This document shows positions 11,033 to 22,981 of a stretch of 38,606 nucleotides of DNA, one piece after another (positions within the stretch are counted from its first letter, which is position 1; every line of letters begins with the position of its first letter). The position numbers were made by a program, and so were the translations under genes. The notes under the pieces are model-generated. The model saw only the letters and a list, made by a program, of their open reading frames with translations. It was not told the origin of the DNA and ran no database searches. Origin of the DNA: Octopus bimaculoides (taxonomy: Eukaryota). Where the stretch lies: contig NC_068994.1 in assembly GCF_001194135.2 (NCBI RefSeq), forward strand, positions 43,911,694 to 43,950,299, in the 5' to 3' direction.

Positions 11033-11453
11033 AGAATTGTTCTCTCAACCATACAGTATTCATGCTTTTATTCAGCGAACACTGTAACAGCTCTGGGCCA
11101 TAGCATTTACATGGAAACCAGAAGGTGGAGTACAGTAGGAAGGCTGGAGACAATTGCAGAGAAGGGAAAGTAAAGAAGGAAAGTAAAACAGAGTTGGTAG
11201 TACCATTGTGGAACCAAGCTGGCTAAATTGTCTAAAACTATTTGCTGTAGAAAACATGGCATTACATCCTTTTGTGCCTCAAGTAATAAAAAAAAATAAT
11301 AATAAAACAAAACAAAAAATAAAAACACTGCAGTCTATAGTAACCAAACTGTTCTAATATATTTAAGTGGAGAAAATCTATGTAAAAATTGTTAAAGTAT
11401 TTTGGTAAGGTATTTAATTTTCATTCATTAAGATTGAAAAAAAAAATATATAT

Positions 11454-11540
11454 TACTTTTTCTAATATTTAAGTAATAAAACTAAATATTAATACTTTTT
11501 CTAATATTTAAGTAATAAAACTAAATATTAATACTTTTTC
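11454..11540 (+). repeat. ~39-bp tandem duplication (about 2.2 copies)
   Basis: TACTTTTTCTAATATTTAAGTAATAAAACTAAATATTAA is repeated. Confidence 0.9.
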
Positions 11541-12448
11541 ACACTTATATTTTTTTTCTCCTGAATTATGAAAAAAAAANNNNNNNNNNNNNNNNNNNNN
11601 NNNNNNNNNNNNNNNNNNNNNNNNNNNNNNNNNNNNNNNNNNNNNNNNNNNNNNNNNNNNNNNNNNNNNNNNNNNNNNNNNNNNNNNNNNNNNNNNNNNN
11701 NNNNNNNNNNNNNNNNNNNNNNNNNNNNNNNNNNNNNNNNNNNNNNNNNNNNNNNNNNNNNNNNNNNNNNNNNNNNNNNNNNNNNNNNNNNNNNNNNNNN
11801 NNNNNNNNNNNNNNNNNNNNNNNNNNNNNNNNNNNNNNNNNNNNNNNNNNNNNNNNNNNNNNNNNNNNNNNNNNNNNNNNNNNNNNNNNNNNNNNNNNNN
11901 NNNNNNNNNNNNNNNNNNNNNNNNNNNNNNNNNNNNNNNNNNNNNNNNNNNNNNNNNNNNNNNNNNNNNNNNNNNNNNNNNNNNNNNNNNNNNNNNNNNN
12001 NNNNNNNNNNNNNNNNNNNNNNNNNNNNNNNNNNNNNNNNNNNNNNNNNNNNNNNNNNNNNNNNNNNNNNNNNNNNNNNNNNNNNNNNNNNNNNNNNNNN
12101 NNNNNNNNNNNNNNNNNNNNNNNNNNNNNNNNNNNNNNNNNNNNNNNNNNNNNNNNNNNNNNNNNNNNNNNNNNNNNNNNNNNNNNNNNNNNNNNNNNNN
12201 NNNNNNNNNNNNNNNNNNNNNNNNNNNNNNNNNNNNNNNNNNNNNNNNNNNNNNNNNNNNNNNNNNNNNNNNNNNNNNNNNNNNNNNNNNNNNNNNNNNN
12301 NNNNNNNNNNNNNNNNNNNNNNNNNNNNNNNNNNNNNNNNNNNNTGTATGTATGTATGTATGTATGTATGTATGTATATATATGAATGTGTTGCTCTTGT
12401 TTAAATGCTGTGCTTATGTGCATATGTATATGTGTGTATGTGTGTGTA

Positions 12449-12481
<33 letters not shown>

Positions 12482-13686
12482 GTATTTGTGTTTGTATATT
12501 TTGTTTGTGTGTGTGTTTGTGCGTGTGTGTGTGTCTGTGTATGAAGTTGTAGGTAGTGTAAGCTAGTTTCTTACACACTCAGATCAATGTGGAATTTGAA
12601 GTCCTGTTTTCTCTCACAACTCTGGTTCAGTATGAAACACACGCACACACACACACACACACACGCACACACCCTACACATACACACACATATACACATA
12701 CATGCACATATACACATACACATATACATACACTACATGCATATAGAGACATATTTAAACCACACACAATGCACATACAGATACACACTCACACACCACA
12801 TGCCTATGTATGGTGTGTACCTGTGTAACACTGTGCATGTGTGTTTGTGTGTTTGTGCGTGAGTGTATGTGTGTTTGTGTGTGAGTGTATGTGTGTTTGT
12901 GTGCGTGAGAGAGAGTATATAAATCAATAGAGATGGAGACCGTTCAATTAAAACATCGGTAAAGTCCATTATTTTTACAGGTAACAGACAGCATTGTGAA
13001 AATAATCCTTTCTCTTTCTCTTTTCTTTTTCCTTTTTATTCTAGCAGAAATTTCAACAGAATCTAAATATCTTGCAGAAACCTACATCAGCATTATTTAG
13101 AAATATATTCTTTTATTTCATTCCATCTGATAGAGTTTTGGTGTGTTTGTTTTATATACAATTTTTTAAATCTCTTTCTTTTCCATTTTTCCCTTTTTCT
13201 TTTCCAAATATACAAAATTCAACTCATTGTTACCATGCAAAAGGAATAAAATCTATTTGAAAAACCTGATTTCTTTTATATATATAGTTTAGACTTTTTT
13301 TTTTTCCAAGTATTAATATTATCATAGTTAAGGAATTCTTTTTCTCATTCAGAGTATTAAATATTTACTTGAATATATAATACTTTATTTATCTTTTTCT
13401 TCCTTTCTGTCTTTTTTTTCATTGAGGTTGTGGTGGTGGGGCAATTTCTAATATTTACATCTGATATGATTTTCTTTTGTATTTCTTTATATATNNNNNN
13501 NNNNNNNNNNNNNNNNNNNNNNNNNNNNNNNNNNNNNNNNNNNNNNNNNNNNNNNNNNNNNNNNNNNNNNNNNNNNNNNNNNNNNNNNNNNNNNNNNNNN
13601 NNNNNNNNNNNNNNNNNNNNNNNNNNNNNNNNNNNNNNNNNNNNNNNNNNNNNNNNNNNNNNNNNNNNNNNNNNNNNNNNNNNNNN

Positions 13687-13724
<38 letters not shown>

Positions 13725-14028
13725 GCATATATATATATATGTATGTATGTGTATATGTATGTATGTACATATACAAACTTAAATTTGTGTACACACTCCA
13801 CTCCAAACAGACATATATGCATGTATCCACAAATGCATACATGCTTACAAGCAGATGCACTTAAGGATATGTGTGTGTGTGTTTGCATGCTCATGTGCAT
13901 GTGCACATACAAACATATTCATATGTAAATACATATTAACAAAGACAAACATGCTTCTATATGTATACATATATATACACACTCACATATACATACATAT
14001 ATATATATAAATATACATGTGCGTGTGC

Positions 14029-14071
<43 letters not shown>

Positions 14072-15049
14072 TATAAATACACACACACATATATATATAT
14101 ACAAATATACATACATATATATACATAGATACATATGTATATACACACATATACATCAAAATATGTATCAATTTTATATGTTTATACATGTAATTTTCAT
14201 ATTACTTCATAGCCCATCACATCTTTTCAAATAAATTTGTATACCTACATATCCCTTTATATTACTGAGATCTAATTTTAAATTCCTCTGTATGTTGTTA
14301 TATTTATTAATATAACTCATATTATATAGGCTGCGTTTATACAAATATCTTTTTATTTTCGATATTCTTTTTTAAGTCCATGTAACTAACCATAATTTCA
14401 TATCCCATATATATATTATCTTATATTCCATGTAACAACTTATGTAGTATATTGTTTATACCTTTCCAATATAATATAAAATTTTTAAAATTTCCCTTCT
14501 CTTTATATTGCAGCATATTTCATTTTATATTTATATATATTTGTGGATATTAATGGATACCATATAGCATTGCTTTATATTCCTTCAATTTAGTCCTTTT
14601 TATATATACATATATATACATATANNNNNNNNNNNNNNNNNNNNNNNNNNNNNNNNNNNNNNNNNNNNNNNNNNNNNNNNNNNNNNNNNNNNNNNNNNNN
14701 NNNNNNNNNNNNNNNNNNNNNNNNNNNNNNNNNNNNNNNNNNNNNNNNNNNNNNNNNNNNNNNNNNNNNNNNNNNNNNNNNNNNNNNNNNNNNNNNNNNN
14801 NNNNNNNNNNNNNNNNNNNNNNNNNNNNNNNNNNNNNNNNNNNNNNNNNNNNNNNNNNNNNNATATATATATTTCTAGCTTAGATCTGAGCGGATTAAAA
14901 ATTATCAAAAGTTCTCAAAGTGCTCGTTCTCTCATATTTCTAAATTTTGTGATAGTTTTTAAGGAAGTCATTACATATTATTAAAAAAAATTCCATATTT
15001 ATACTATTTTAATTAAACTAAATTAGGATTCATTTTCTTTATCATTTAC

Positions 15050-15175
15050 AAATCATTTGCTAGAATGGAACACAGGGAGACGAAAGTCATTACTGATAGC
15101 CCGGCCCATGAGAAGCACCAGGAATAATTGGAAACTATGGCAGAGCCTATATTCGTGAATAGCAATGTCATAAAT
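15050..15175 (-). CDS. Exon-like GC island; on - a 126-bp symmetric exon encoding a hydrophobic segment (FMTLLFTNIGSAIVSNYSWCFSWAGLSVMTFVSLCSILAND)
   Basis: TTCTTTAAG acceptor and GTAAAT donor on -, with the frame closing just outside both sites. A + strand acceptor at about 15063 is also plausible, so strand is unresolved. Confidence 0.3.
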
Positions 15176-15489
15176 CTTAAAGAATACAATTATTCTGCTT
15201 ATTTGTTTTCTGTAAACATTATTGAATTAGTATTTACAGAATAAAAGAACTTTTATCATTGTCGTAACTAAAATATTGGATACATTTAATGAAATTTATT
15301 ACAGGTGGATTCCAAAACATAATGGTATTTAAAGTAATATATATTTAGGTAGACATAAACCTTTGCCCAACATAATACAACTGCTGGTCACAGATGTATT
15401 TAGCAGAGTCCACTTTGCTTCATGCATTTATGCCAAGCTTCAGTTTGTGGGGTTCTTTTTCTCTTTCTCTTTCATAAGACACTCAAACA

Positions 15490-15925
15490 GGTTATAGACA
15501 ACCCACTTTGGAACCAAGTGGCTGTGGTTCAATCCCATTGTGTGGCACTTTGGGCAAGTGTCTTCTACTATAGCTTTAGGCCAACCAATACCTTGTATGT
15601 AAATTTGGGTGGAAACTGCACAGAAGGCCAACATATATACGTATACAAGAGGGTGCTGAAAAGTTCATGGCTTTGGATGAAAGAAAATAAAATAGAATCA
15701 ATTAATTATGATTTTATTCAACCTATTCCCGTCTCAGATTCACACTCTTATTGCAGCAGTCCTTCACTTTTTTCTAACCCCTGTAAAAGAACTTGGAATG
15801 TTGGGCCTCCAACCAGACATTTTGTGATACCCTTAAAGCCAGGAACTTTTCAGCACTCCCTCATATATATATATGTATATGTGTGTGTATGTTCTTGTGT
15901 TTGTCTGTGAGTATCTGCCTGTGTG

Positions 15926-15962
<37 letters not shown>

Positions 15963-16172
15963 CTTTGTTTTTGCTTGTCCCCCCACTGCCACTTGACAAC
16001 CAGTGCTGGTTTGTTTATGTCCCTGTAACTTAGCAGTTCAGCAAAATAGATCAATAGAATAAGTACATGACTTAAAAAATAAGTTCTGGGGTCAATTTGT
16101 TCAACTAAACCCTTGAAGGCAATGCCCCAGCATGGCCTCAGTACAATGACTGAAATTATTAAACGATAAAAC
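15490..16172 (+). mobile_element. SINE family A, full length, with a nested MITE
   Basis: GGTTCAATCCCATTGTGTGGCACTTTGGGCAAGTGTCTTCTACTATAGC head; 3' half GACAACCAGTGCTGG...CCCCAGCATGGCC.CAGT..ATGACTGAAA. Confidence 0.85.
15646..15863. mobile_element. Tc1/mariner-type MITE
   Basis: ~29-bp TIRs (CAAGAGGGTGCTGAAAAGTTCATGGCTTT / AAAGCCAGGAACTTTTCAGCACTCCCTCA), TA on both sides, no ORF. Confidence 0.85.
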
Positions 16173-17015
16173 TATTTAGATGTCTAAGAATAAACAAACA
16201 ATCTTTAAAGGAATTTAAGGTATTGTATTAGAAGCTACTAGTTACTTTGATTTTTGTTTTTTAATTTCCAGTTAAGAATGAAAACAATATATCTTAAGAC
16301 GTATATGATTTTGTTTCTTACAAGTCACACAAAACTAGTAATATCATTCTGAATGAAACAAAACAAGAAAAGCAAAGAGTCTGTTATTTTCATTAGCCAC
16401 TTCTAAAGCAGAACTTTAAATAAACATTAGTCCAACATTTCAATCTCTTGGGAGGAAGAAAAATATAAGTTTTTATTGTTTGTTTTAGTTTTACTGATAA
16501 AACAGTATTACGTTATACTAACTGCTTTTGTAAAGTTTCTGAGATTTCGTTTGTTAATTAAGAAAGGAATTCTTAGGAGATTTCAAAAAAAAATTAACTA
16601 AATTTGGAACACTTCCTGTCAAAATATTTAGTTTCTGCCAACTTGTTACAAAAGCCAAGTTTTTGGCAAGAAACATTTGTTAGAATAAGAACTAAAGAAA
16701 CAACTTGTTGATAAAATTATTGATTTTGATATTGATTTCTCTATATTGGCACTAGGACTTGGATATATAGTAAATCAAAAATAAAACTGTGTAATGAGCA
16801 TGCCTTTCTTTGTTTGTTTGTTTTTTTTTTATCACAGATTCTGATACAGGGCTAAATATTTACACAGGAGTGAAAGAATAATTTGAATTGAATTAATGAT
16901 TTGAAATTTATTTGGATACTTCTCTAAGTTTATTTACAGCCACAGACATTGCTACGTGGTTAAAATGTTTAGTTCCCAACCATGTGGTTTTGGTTTGAAC
17001 CTAACTGCATGACAT

Positions 17016-17205
17016 ATAAGGCAGAAACAGGAAGTAAGAGTGAGAGAAAGAGTACAGCAGGGTTCGCCACCATCCCCAGCTGGAGCCTCGTGGAGCTTTA
17101 GGTGTTTTCGCTCAATAAACACTCACAACGCCCGGTCTGGGAATCGAAACCGCGATCTTATGACCGCAAGTCCGCTGCCCTAACCACCGGGCCATTGCGC
17201 CTCCA
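17016..17205 (-). mobile_element. Young tRNA-derived SINE, 3'-truncated; resembles octopus OR-type SINEs
   Basis: On -: GGCGCAATGGCCCGGTGGTTAGGGCAGCGGAC...GGTTTCGATTCCCAGACCG (box A/B). CpGs are retained, unlike in neighbouring repeats. Family name is from recall. Confidence 0.75.
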
Positions 17206-17729
17206 GGTTATTTGTAAGTATAGCTTGCTTATTTCAAGTTAACACAAACTCAGTGCTTATTCACAAAATACCTCAAGTTTTCTTTTTCTAAAATCATTGG
17301 TAATGAAACAATTTCAATGAGGAGGTCTAAATAAGACTGAAACATATTTTGTCATCATATCTTCAGGATCAAAGTCGCTACCTACACATGCTTCATATTC
17401 TATTTTTAATTAATCTAATCAATTTAAATTTCATTGTTGTCTTCCTTGTTTTTTTTTTTCTTTATCAGAATTGATCCATTACGCTAATGGTTCTTTCACA
17501 TCACAGTTTAATTTCAATTAATTACAAATTCCTTGACGTAAAAAAATTATCTAAGAATTTCATTACTTTAAAATATATTAGCCCTGACTTTATTCAACAA
17601 TGCTAAATAGCTTATCTGCAACAGTTGTAAAAGACATATATCTCAGACATAAAAAATTATTTCTACACATGCGCATGCACACGCACACACACACACACAC
17701 ACTCACACATACACACATGCACATACACA

Positions 17730-17761
<32 letters not shown>

Positions 17762-17829
17762 TACACATGCACATGCACACACACTCTCTTTCTCTCTCAC
17801 ACACAAATACACGCATAATATACACATGG

Positions 17830-18068
17830 TTATTGTCTTGCAACTTTCATGGACACTTCATAAATGTTGACACAGAAAGAAAAGACACTCAATGCAGGCC
17901 AAAAATTGGTTGGCATTAAGAAGGACATCCAACCATAGAAACCTTGCCAAAGCAGACACTCATTTAGAGAACAATGTAATCCTTGGACACATTGGATCTT
18001 GTCAAGCCATCTGATCCATGTCAGTATGGATGATAATGATGATAATGATGATGATGATGATGATGATG
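17830..18068 (+). mobile_element. Retroposon family C variant with (GAT)n tail
   Basis: GGTTGGCATTAAGAAGGACATCCAACCATAGAAAC...CCATGTCAGTATGG(ATG)n. Confidence 0.6.
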
Positions 18069-18498
18069 TATATGTGTGTCAGTTTATGAAATCAGAGTTT
18101 TTAGTGAGGGATTATCAATCCGAGCAAAATACCTTCTAAGCTCTTTGTTAGCACACCAGGTTAACAACATTGTTTAGATTAGTAAAGAACTCCACATATT
18201 CTTGTCACAGAGTCCAGAGTTATCATTCATCACTATTCTAAATTGTAAATATAGTATATATATTGTGCATGTATATATAGTTATGTATGTGTGTATATAT
18301 ATATATGTATATATATATATATTTCTGTGAGAGTTAGAGGTTGGGAAGCCAACCAACTAAGGGATAGTACCTATCCAATATGCTGCTGGTAGTGTACCAA
18401 ATTATTAATACTCAAGTGCTGGTTATTGCGTGGCAATTTCGCAATCAAGTGTCATATATGGGTGGGGGTAAAAAAGTGGTCTACCCTTAATTTATACA

Positions 18499-19371
18499 GC
18501 AAAAAAGAAAATGAAGGGGATACAAAAATGACATACATCAGCCAGTAGACATTCTATTATGTCTATTTATTCTAAAATATAAGGAAGTATTATAAGAATA
18601 CATACACATGCAAAGGCTGTATGTTGCACATATGTACTAGTAATACATAAAAAAGTAAAACATCAGTTCCTCAAGAGGTCACAGTATCCTCCATACTATC
18701 TCCATCTCTTCAGTGTTCTGTAGGGATGCGTAAAGTTTGGATGTTGAGTGTGCCTCTAGGCTTCACCAGAGGGTCTAAATGTTTGGGAGAACTAATATAT
18801 AAAAGAATCAGTTACCAATAGGTACAGTATATTTTTCTTATTGAAGAGGGCATAAGAAGAAAAGGAGCAAGACTTAGAGTGTGAGAGGAGTACAAGTTAG
18901 TAAAATGGATTAGGTATAGGAAAAGAAAATAAGTCATGACTTATTTCCCTTTCCTATACCTAATCCATTTTACTATGTTTTGCTCCTGTTTTTCTTATGC
19001 CCTTTCCAATAAGAGAAATATACTGTACCTATTGGTAACTGATTCTTGTATGTATCAGCTCTCCTAACCATTTAGACCCTCTGATGAAGCCTAGAGGCAC
19101 ACTCAACATCCAAACTCTACCTACACATCCCTACAGAACATTAAAGAGATGGAGATAGCATGGAGGACATCATGACCTCTTGGCAGAAACGACTGTAAGG
19201 AACTGATCTTTTACTCTTTAGTGTATTACTAGTACATATGTGTAACACACAGTCTTTGCATGTGTATGTATTCTTATAATACTTCTTTATATTTTAGAAT
19301 AAATAGACATAATAGAATGTCTACCGGCTGATGTATGTCATTTTTGTACCCACCTCCATTTTCATTTTTGC
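18499..19371. repeat. ~870-bp spacerless palindrome centred at 18936/18937
   Basis: The arms align as reverse complements outward from AAGTCA|TGACTT, with scattered substitutions plus indels at 18875-18897 and 19183-19197. Confidence 0.95.
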
Positions 19372-20523
19372 CATATGTATATATATATGTATGTATATGT
19401 ATATTTATATGTATATATATATGTAATGCACACACATAAGTATCATTAAATAAGAACTCAGTTTCTTCTTAAAACAATACTTCATAATCAAAATCTTGCG
19501 TTTACTCATACTTCGATAATATAATACAAAGCATTAAATAGATAAACCACAAAATTTCCACTATATCATGTGATCAGGAGTTTCTTTAATTTTAAAAATA
19601 GTTCTAACAAATGTTACTCACTCTAAAAACTTATTTCCACAATATTATTCACATGCCAAGTAAAATAAGGTTAAAAATGCTCCTGAAATACAAGATCAAA
19701 AATAGATCTGCTACAAGAGGAATTTTGCAAAGTGGATCACTGATTTTCTTAGAATAACTTCTGTTCCTAATTTGAAAGTGACAACTAAGAGCCTCAAGCT
19801 CTGGCATTTAATCTAATAAGAGACACTTTCAGAAATATTTACAAGTGGTCAACTACTATTCTTACAGTGAATTGCTATCAGAAATACTATCTTACATCTT
19901 AAGTTTTATTTAGCTGACCATTACATTGACAGCCCTCTAAGAACAGCAAGTAGCAAGTATATTCATATGTACATACACAGAGACATGCATACATATATGC
20001 ATGCATACATGCAAACATATTTACATTCATACATATAACATACATACATACATATATACACACACAAAAATACATGTATACATATTTACATTCATACATA
20101 CAACATACATACATATATACACATACACAAATACATCCATACATATTTACATTCATTCATACATATATACACACACAAATCCAGAGATATGTACATATAT
20201 AGATGTGTGTGTGTAGATAGAATGATAGATATTCATATGCACATACATGCACATATGCATAAACACACATGTATATACACGCACATGCATACGCACACAC
20301 CACACACACACACACTCACACATGTATGTATGTATGTTATGTATATATAAAGAAGTGCATTTTTTTATTTTGTGTTGCTTGAATTGCCCCAAAACCTCAA
20401 ACTTGACAACATTGTCTTCACATTTTAACAGAACCAAAAATATCTTTAACCCTACCAAAAAAAACAAACTTACTGTATATTATTTACATTTGACAGATAT
20501 TTGTCCTCATCTTGTTTGTTGTT

Positions 20524-20567
20524 AACACGTTTCAGCTGATATACCCTCCAGCCTTCATCAGGTGTCT
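20524..20567 (-). ncRNA. Degenerate type I hammerhead-like motif
   Basis: On -: GACAC CTGATGA A GGCTG-loop-CAGCT GAAAC GTGTT. The core is intact, but 3 nt present in the 7673 copy (GTT cleavage triplet) are missing. Confidence 0.7.
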
Positions 20568-20629
20568 TGGGGAAATTACGAACCTAGATTCTCATTCCTA
20601 AGGTATTTTTCAATGTTATTACTATTATT

Positions 20630-20698
20630 CAAGTCACTACCGGGAATTGATCTCAAAATCTTGGGGTTAGTAGCCTGCATTCTTAACCACTATGCCAT
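20630..20698 (-). promoter_or_regulatory. tRNA-like Pol III cassette inside the Penelope 3' repeat
   Basis: On -: TGGCATAGTGGTTAAGAATGCAGGCTACTAACCCCAAG...GAGATCAATTCC, homologous to 7817-7884 and about 36 nt after the ORF stop. Confidence 0.65.
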
Positions 20699-20733
20699 AT
20701 GCCCGTGGGCAATTATGGAATGAATTTTAGGGC

Positions 20734-21000
20734 TTATAAATCTAATATTTTCCTATCCTTCCTTAATACCGGTTCCCATATGCTGCTCATATCTGCACTT
20801 GGTCTGCTTAGGAGGTTGTTGTGTCCTAGCATATGTGCTGCTTCTTTTAGTTTCCATATTTTCCAGTGGTGTTCTCTGTCTATTATTTTAACTTCATCCC
20901 ACAGGGGGAGGTTGTCTCCATTTTTCCATACATGATCAGCTTTACTAGATTTATCAATATCTCCTCGTGTCACAGCTTTGCGATGTTCCTCGACCCTTAT
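20734..21000 (-). pseudogene. C-terminal part of a Penelope-type GIY-YIG endonuclease domain
   Basis: IRVEEHRKAVTRGDIDKSSKADHVWKNGDNLPLWDEVKIIDREHHWKIWKLKEAAHM...; the R..EH, S..A.H and W..VKII.RE...R.LKEA pattern is typical of PLE ORF ends. Confidence 0.85.
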
Positions 21001-21517
21001 TCAAGAAAAACCAGTGACAGACACCCATCCAAATGAACGCGCCAGTATACCAATAAGAAACTTGATGGAAATGTTGACCTTCTGTGTAGAAACTACATAA
21101 TTCCTCATCTCTTAAATATGGAACTTACTGTAGTTAAAGAAAATCCTTATGAGTACCAGCTGGCATTATTGACAGGAATGAAAAACAAATAAAGAAAACC
21201 ACAAATTCATGAAGTCACCAGTAACGTATCTTTTTATAACATGATATTGCAAGGAGATTTTTTTCAAAATTTATTGTATGCCACCTAAAACTTGCAGCAT
21301 ATTGCCACAGACGGTGCATGTCATAATTTTGATTAACTATGAAAAGTTAATCAAAATACAAGAAAGTACAGGTTGGCCAAGATTCTCTGAATGAAATTTA
21401 GTAGACGAAATCTGTGTAGAACCCCAACAAAGAGGTTACTGTTCTTGTTCTTGGATATTAAATTGCATCAAGTGGTTAAGCTCTAGCTTGAAATACACAA
21501 ATTTTGTGGTGTATTAA

Positions 21518-22057
21518 TCCTTTAGTGTTCAGATTATTCTGTCAGATGAAAAGCTTAATTATTACGTCCACCTTAGCAAAGGTGGAGGTATTGTTTTCAG
21601 TTATGTTTGTTTGTTTGTCCATAGACAAGAAATCTCAAGAACTACTGGATGGATTTAGATGAAACTTTCAGGGATGTTTGGCCTTGTGACTGGCACAAAC
21701 TGATTAGATTTTGGGATCAATCCAGTACAAGACAAGGATTCTGAATTATTTTTCCGTTTTTTTACTTAATTTTTGAGAGCAGCTGGGTTCGTTTTTAGTA
21801 TTCTCGTTTGTGAGAGCAGTCGAGTTTATTTCAGATATTCTCATTTTAAAAATCATCTCTGGCTAATTGTTGAGAGGACGTTGGTGTTGCCTTGGTGGAG
21901 GTTTGTAGTCTCTGAATGCTCTTGTTCACATTGTTTCCAATTAATCATGCAGTATTGCATAACTTCAAAATTTCAACAATGTGATTGTTTAGTTTTAGAA
22001 TGGGATTGTAGGGTACGTGTGATCTGGCCAGATGTGACCAGTTTAAGTGCTAAAGGG
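21518..22057. mobile_element. piggyBac-type MITE (TTAA-flanked), split by a nested element
   Basis: TTAA|TCCTTTAG ... CTAAAGGG|TTAA; the body is homologous to 34486-34685. Confidence 0.8.
21561..21925 (+). mobile_element. Non-autonomous Helentron-associated (HINE/DINE-1-like) element
   Basis: 5' hairpin ACGTCCACCTT-AGCA-AAGGTGGAGGT, a (TTTG)n tract, a 3' subterminal copy CTTGGTGGAGGT, insertion in a T-rich site with no evident TSD. Confidence 0.65.
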
Positions 22058-22687
22058 TTAAATAACACTTTGTCAATGCCATACCAAAATCCACTCTGAC
22101 TCCACGTGGTCAAGGCCCCCAGTTATAGCAGAAGTCAGTCTAGTGGCTAAGTCATGTTGGACTCAAAGGATGCTGCCTCCTAGACTTGCATCACAGAGGC
22201 TCAACTGTGTGTGGAAAGACCTTGATGTTACATGAGCTATTCCTCTTACCTGAAGGGTTTAATAAGTTCTATACCTCAAGAGTTAGCTTGGAAGAAAACT
22301 GGAGAAAGAGCATTATAAAGTGTAAATGCACAGGCTGAAGGAAAGCACTGCAATATCTTTTCTATGAGAAATCATGAAACTTCAGGCTTTTGAATGAAGG
22401 TCCATACTTGCTGAGACCAGCAGGCATGGTACAGCAAAAGAAAGAGAGACAGAGACAGACAGACAGAGAAGGAGGATTTAATCCATCACCTGTCTGTTTG
22501 TGCATTCAATGGAGCCCACTCTATTGCAAGCATTCTGCTTAGGTCTCTGATCTGAAAGTAACTTCCTCCATTTTCCTTACTAGACTCAGAAGCCCTGAAA
22601 AAAGGGTTATAGATGACACCCTTCATCTCTTGATAAAGTTATTGGAAATAATCGCTCAGAGTTCAGTTACTGCTTTATTACCATTTA

Positions 22688-22923
22688 CCTTTTACTTGTT
22701 TCAGTCATTTGACTGTGGCCATGATGAGACACTGCTTCAAAGAAATTAGTAGGAAAAAAATCATCCCTCCAGTACTTAATGTTTTTTTTTAATCTTGTCC
22801 TTATTCTATCAGTTTCTTGTACCAATCCACTAAGTTACATGGATGTAAACAAACTAACACTAATTGTCAAGTGGTTATGGGGGCAAGAACAACACTAAAA
22901 GAGGCAGACAGATACACACACAC

Positions 22924-22981
<58 letters not shown>

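Larger units (their letters stand above)
20478..21121 (-). mobile_element. 5'-truncated Penelope-like retroelement (GIY-YIG C-terminus + 3' repeat)
   Basis: ORF remnant, tRNA-like cassette, hammerhead-like motif, terminal tail CATAATTCCTCATCTCTTAAATAT shared with 7919-7942, and an 11-bp TSD AACTTACTGTA (20467-20477, 21122-21132). Confidence 0.88.

Noticed and set aside
12931-16880. Further + strand exon candidates (12931-12980, 13045-, 16839-)
   Set aside because: Each has just one convincing splice site and several incompatible ways to chain; they cannot be resolved without transcripts.
22170-22440. Possible ancient CR1/L2 LINE remnant
   Set aside because: The resemblance is vague and no diagnostic motif survives in a continuous frame.
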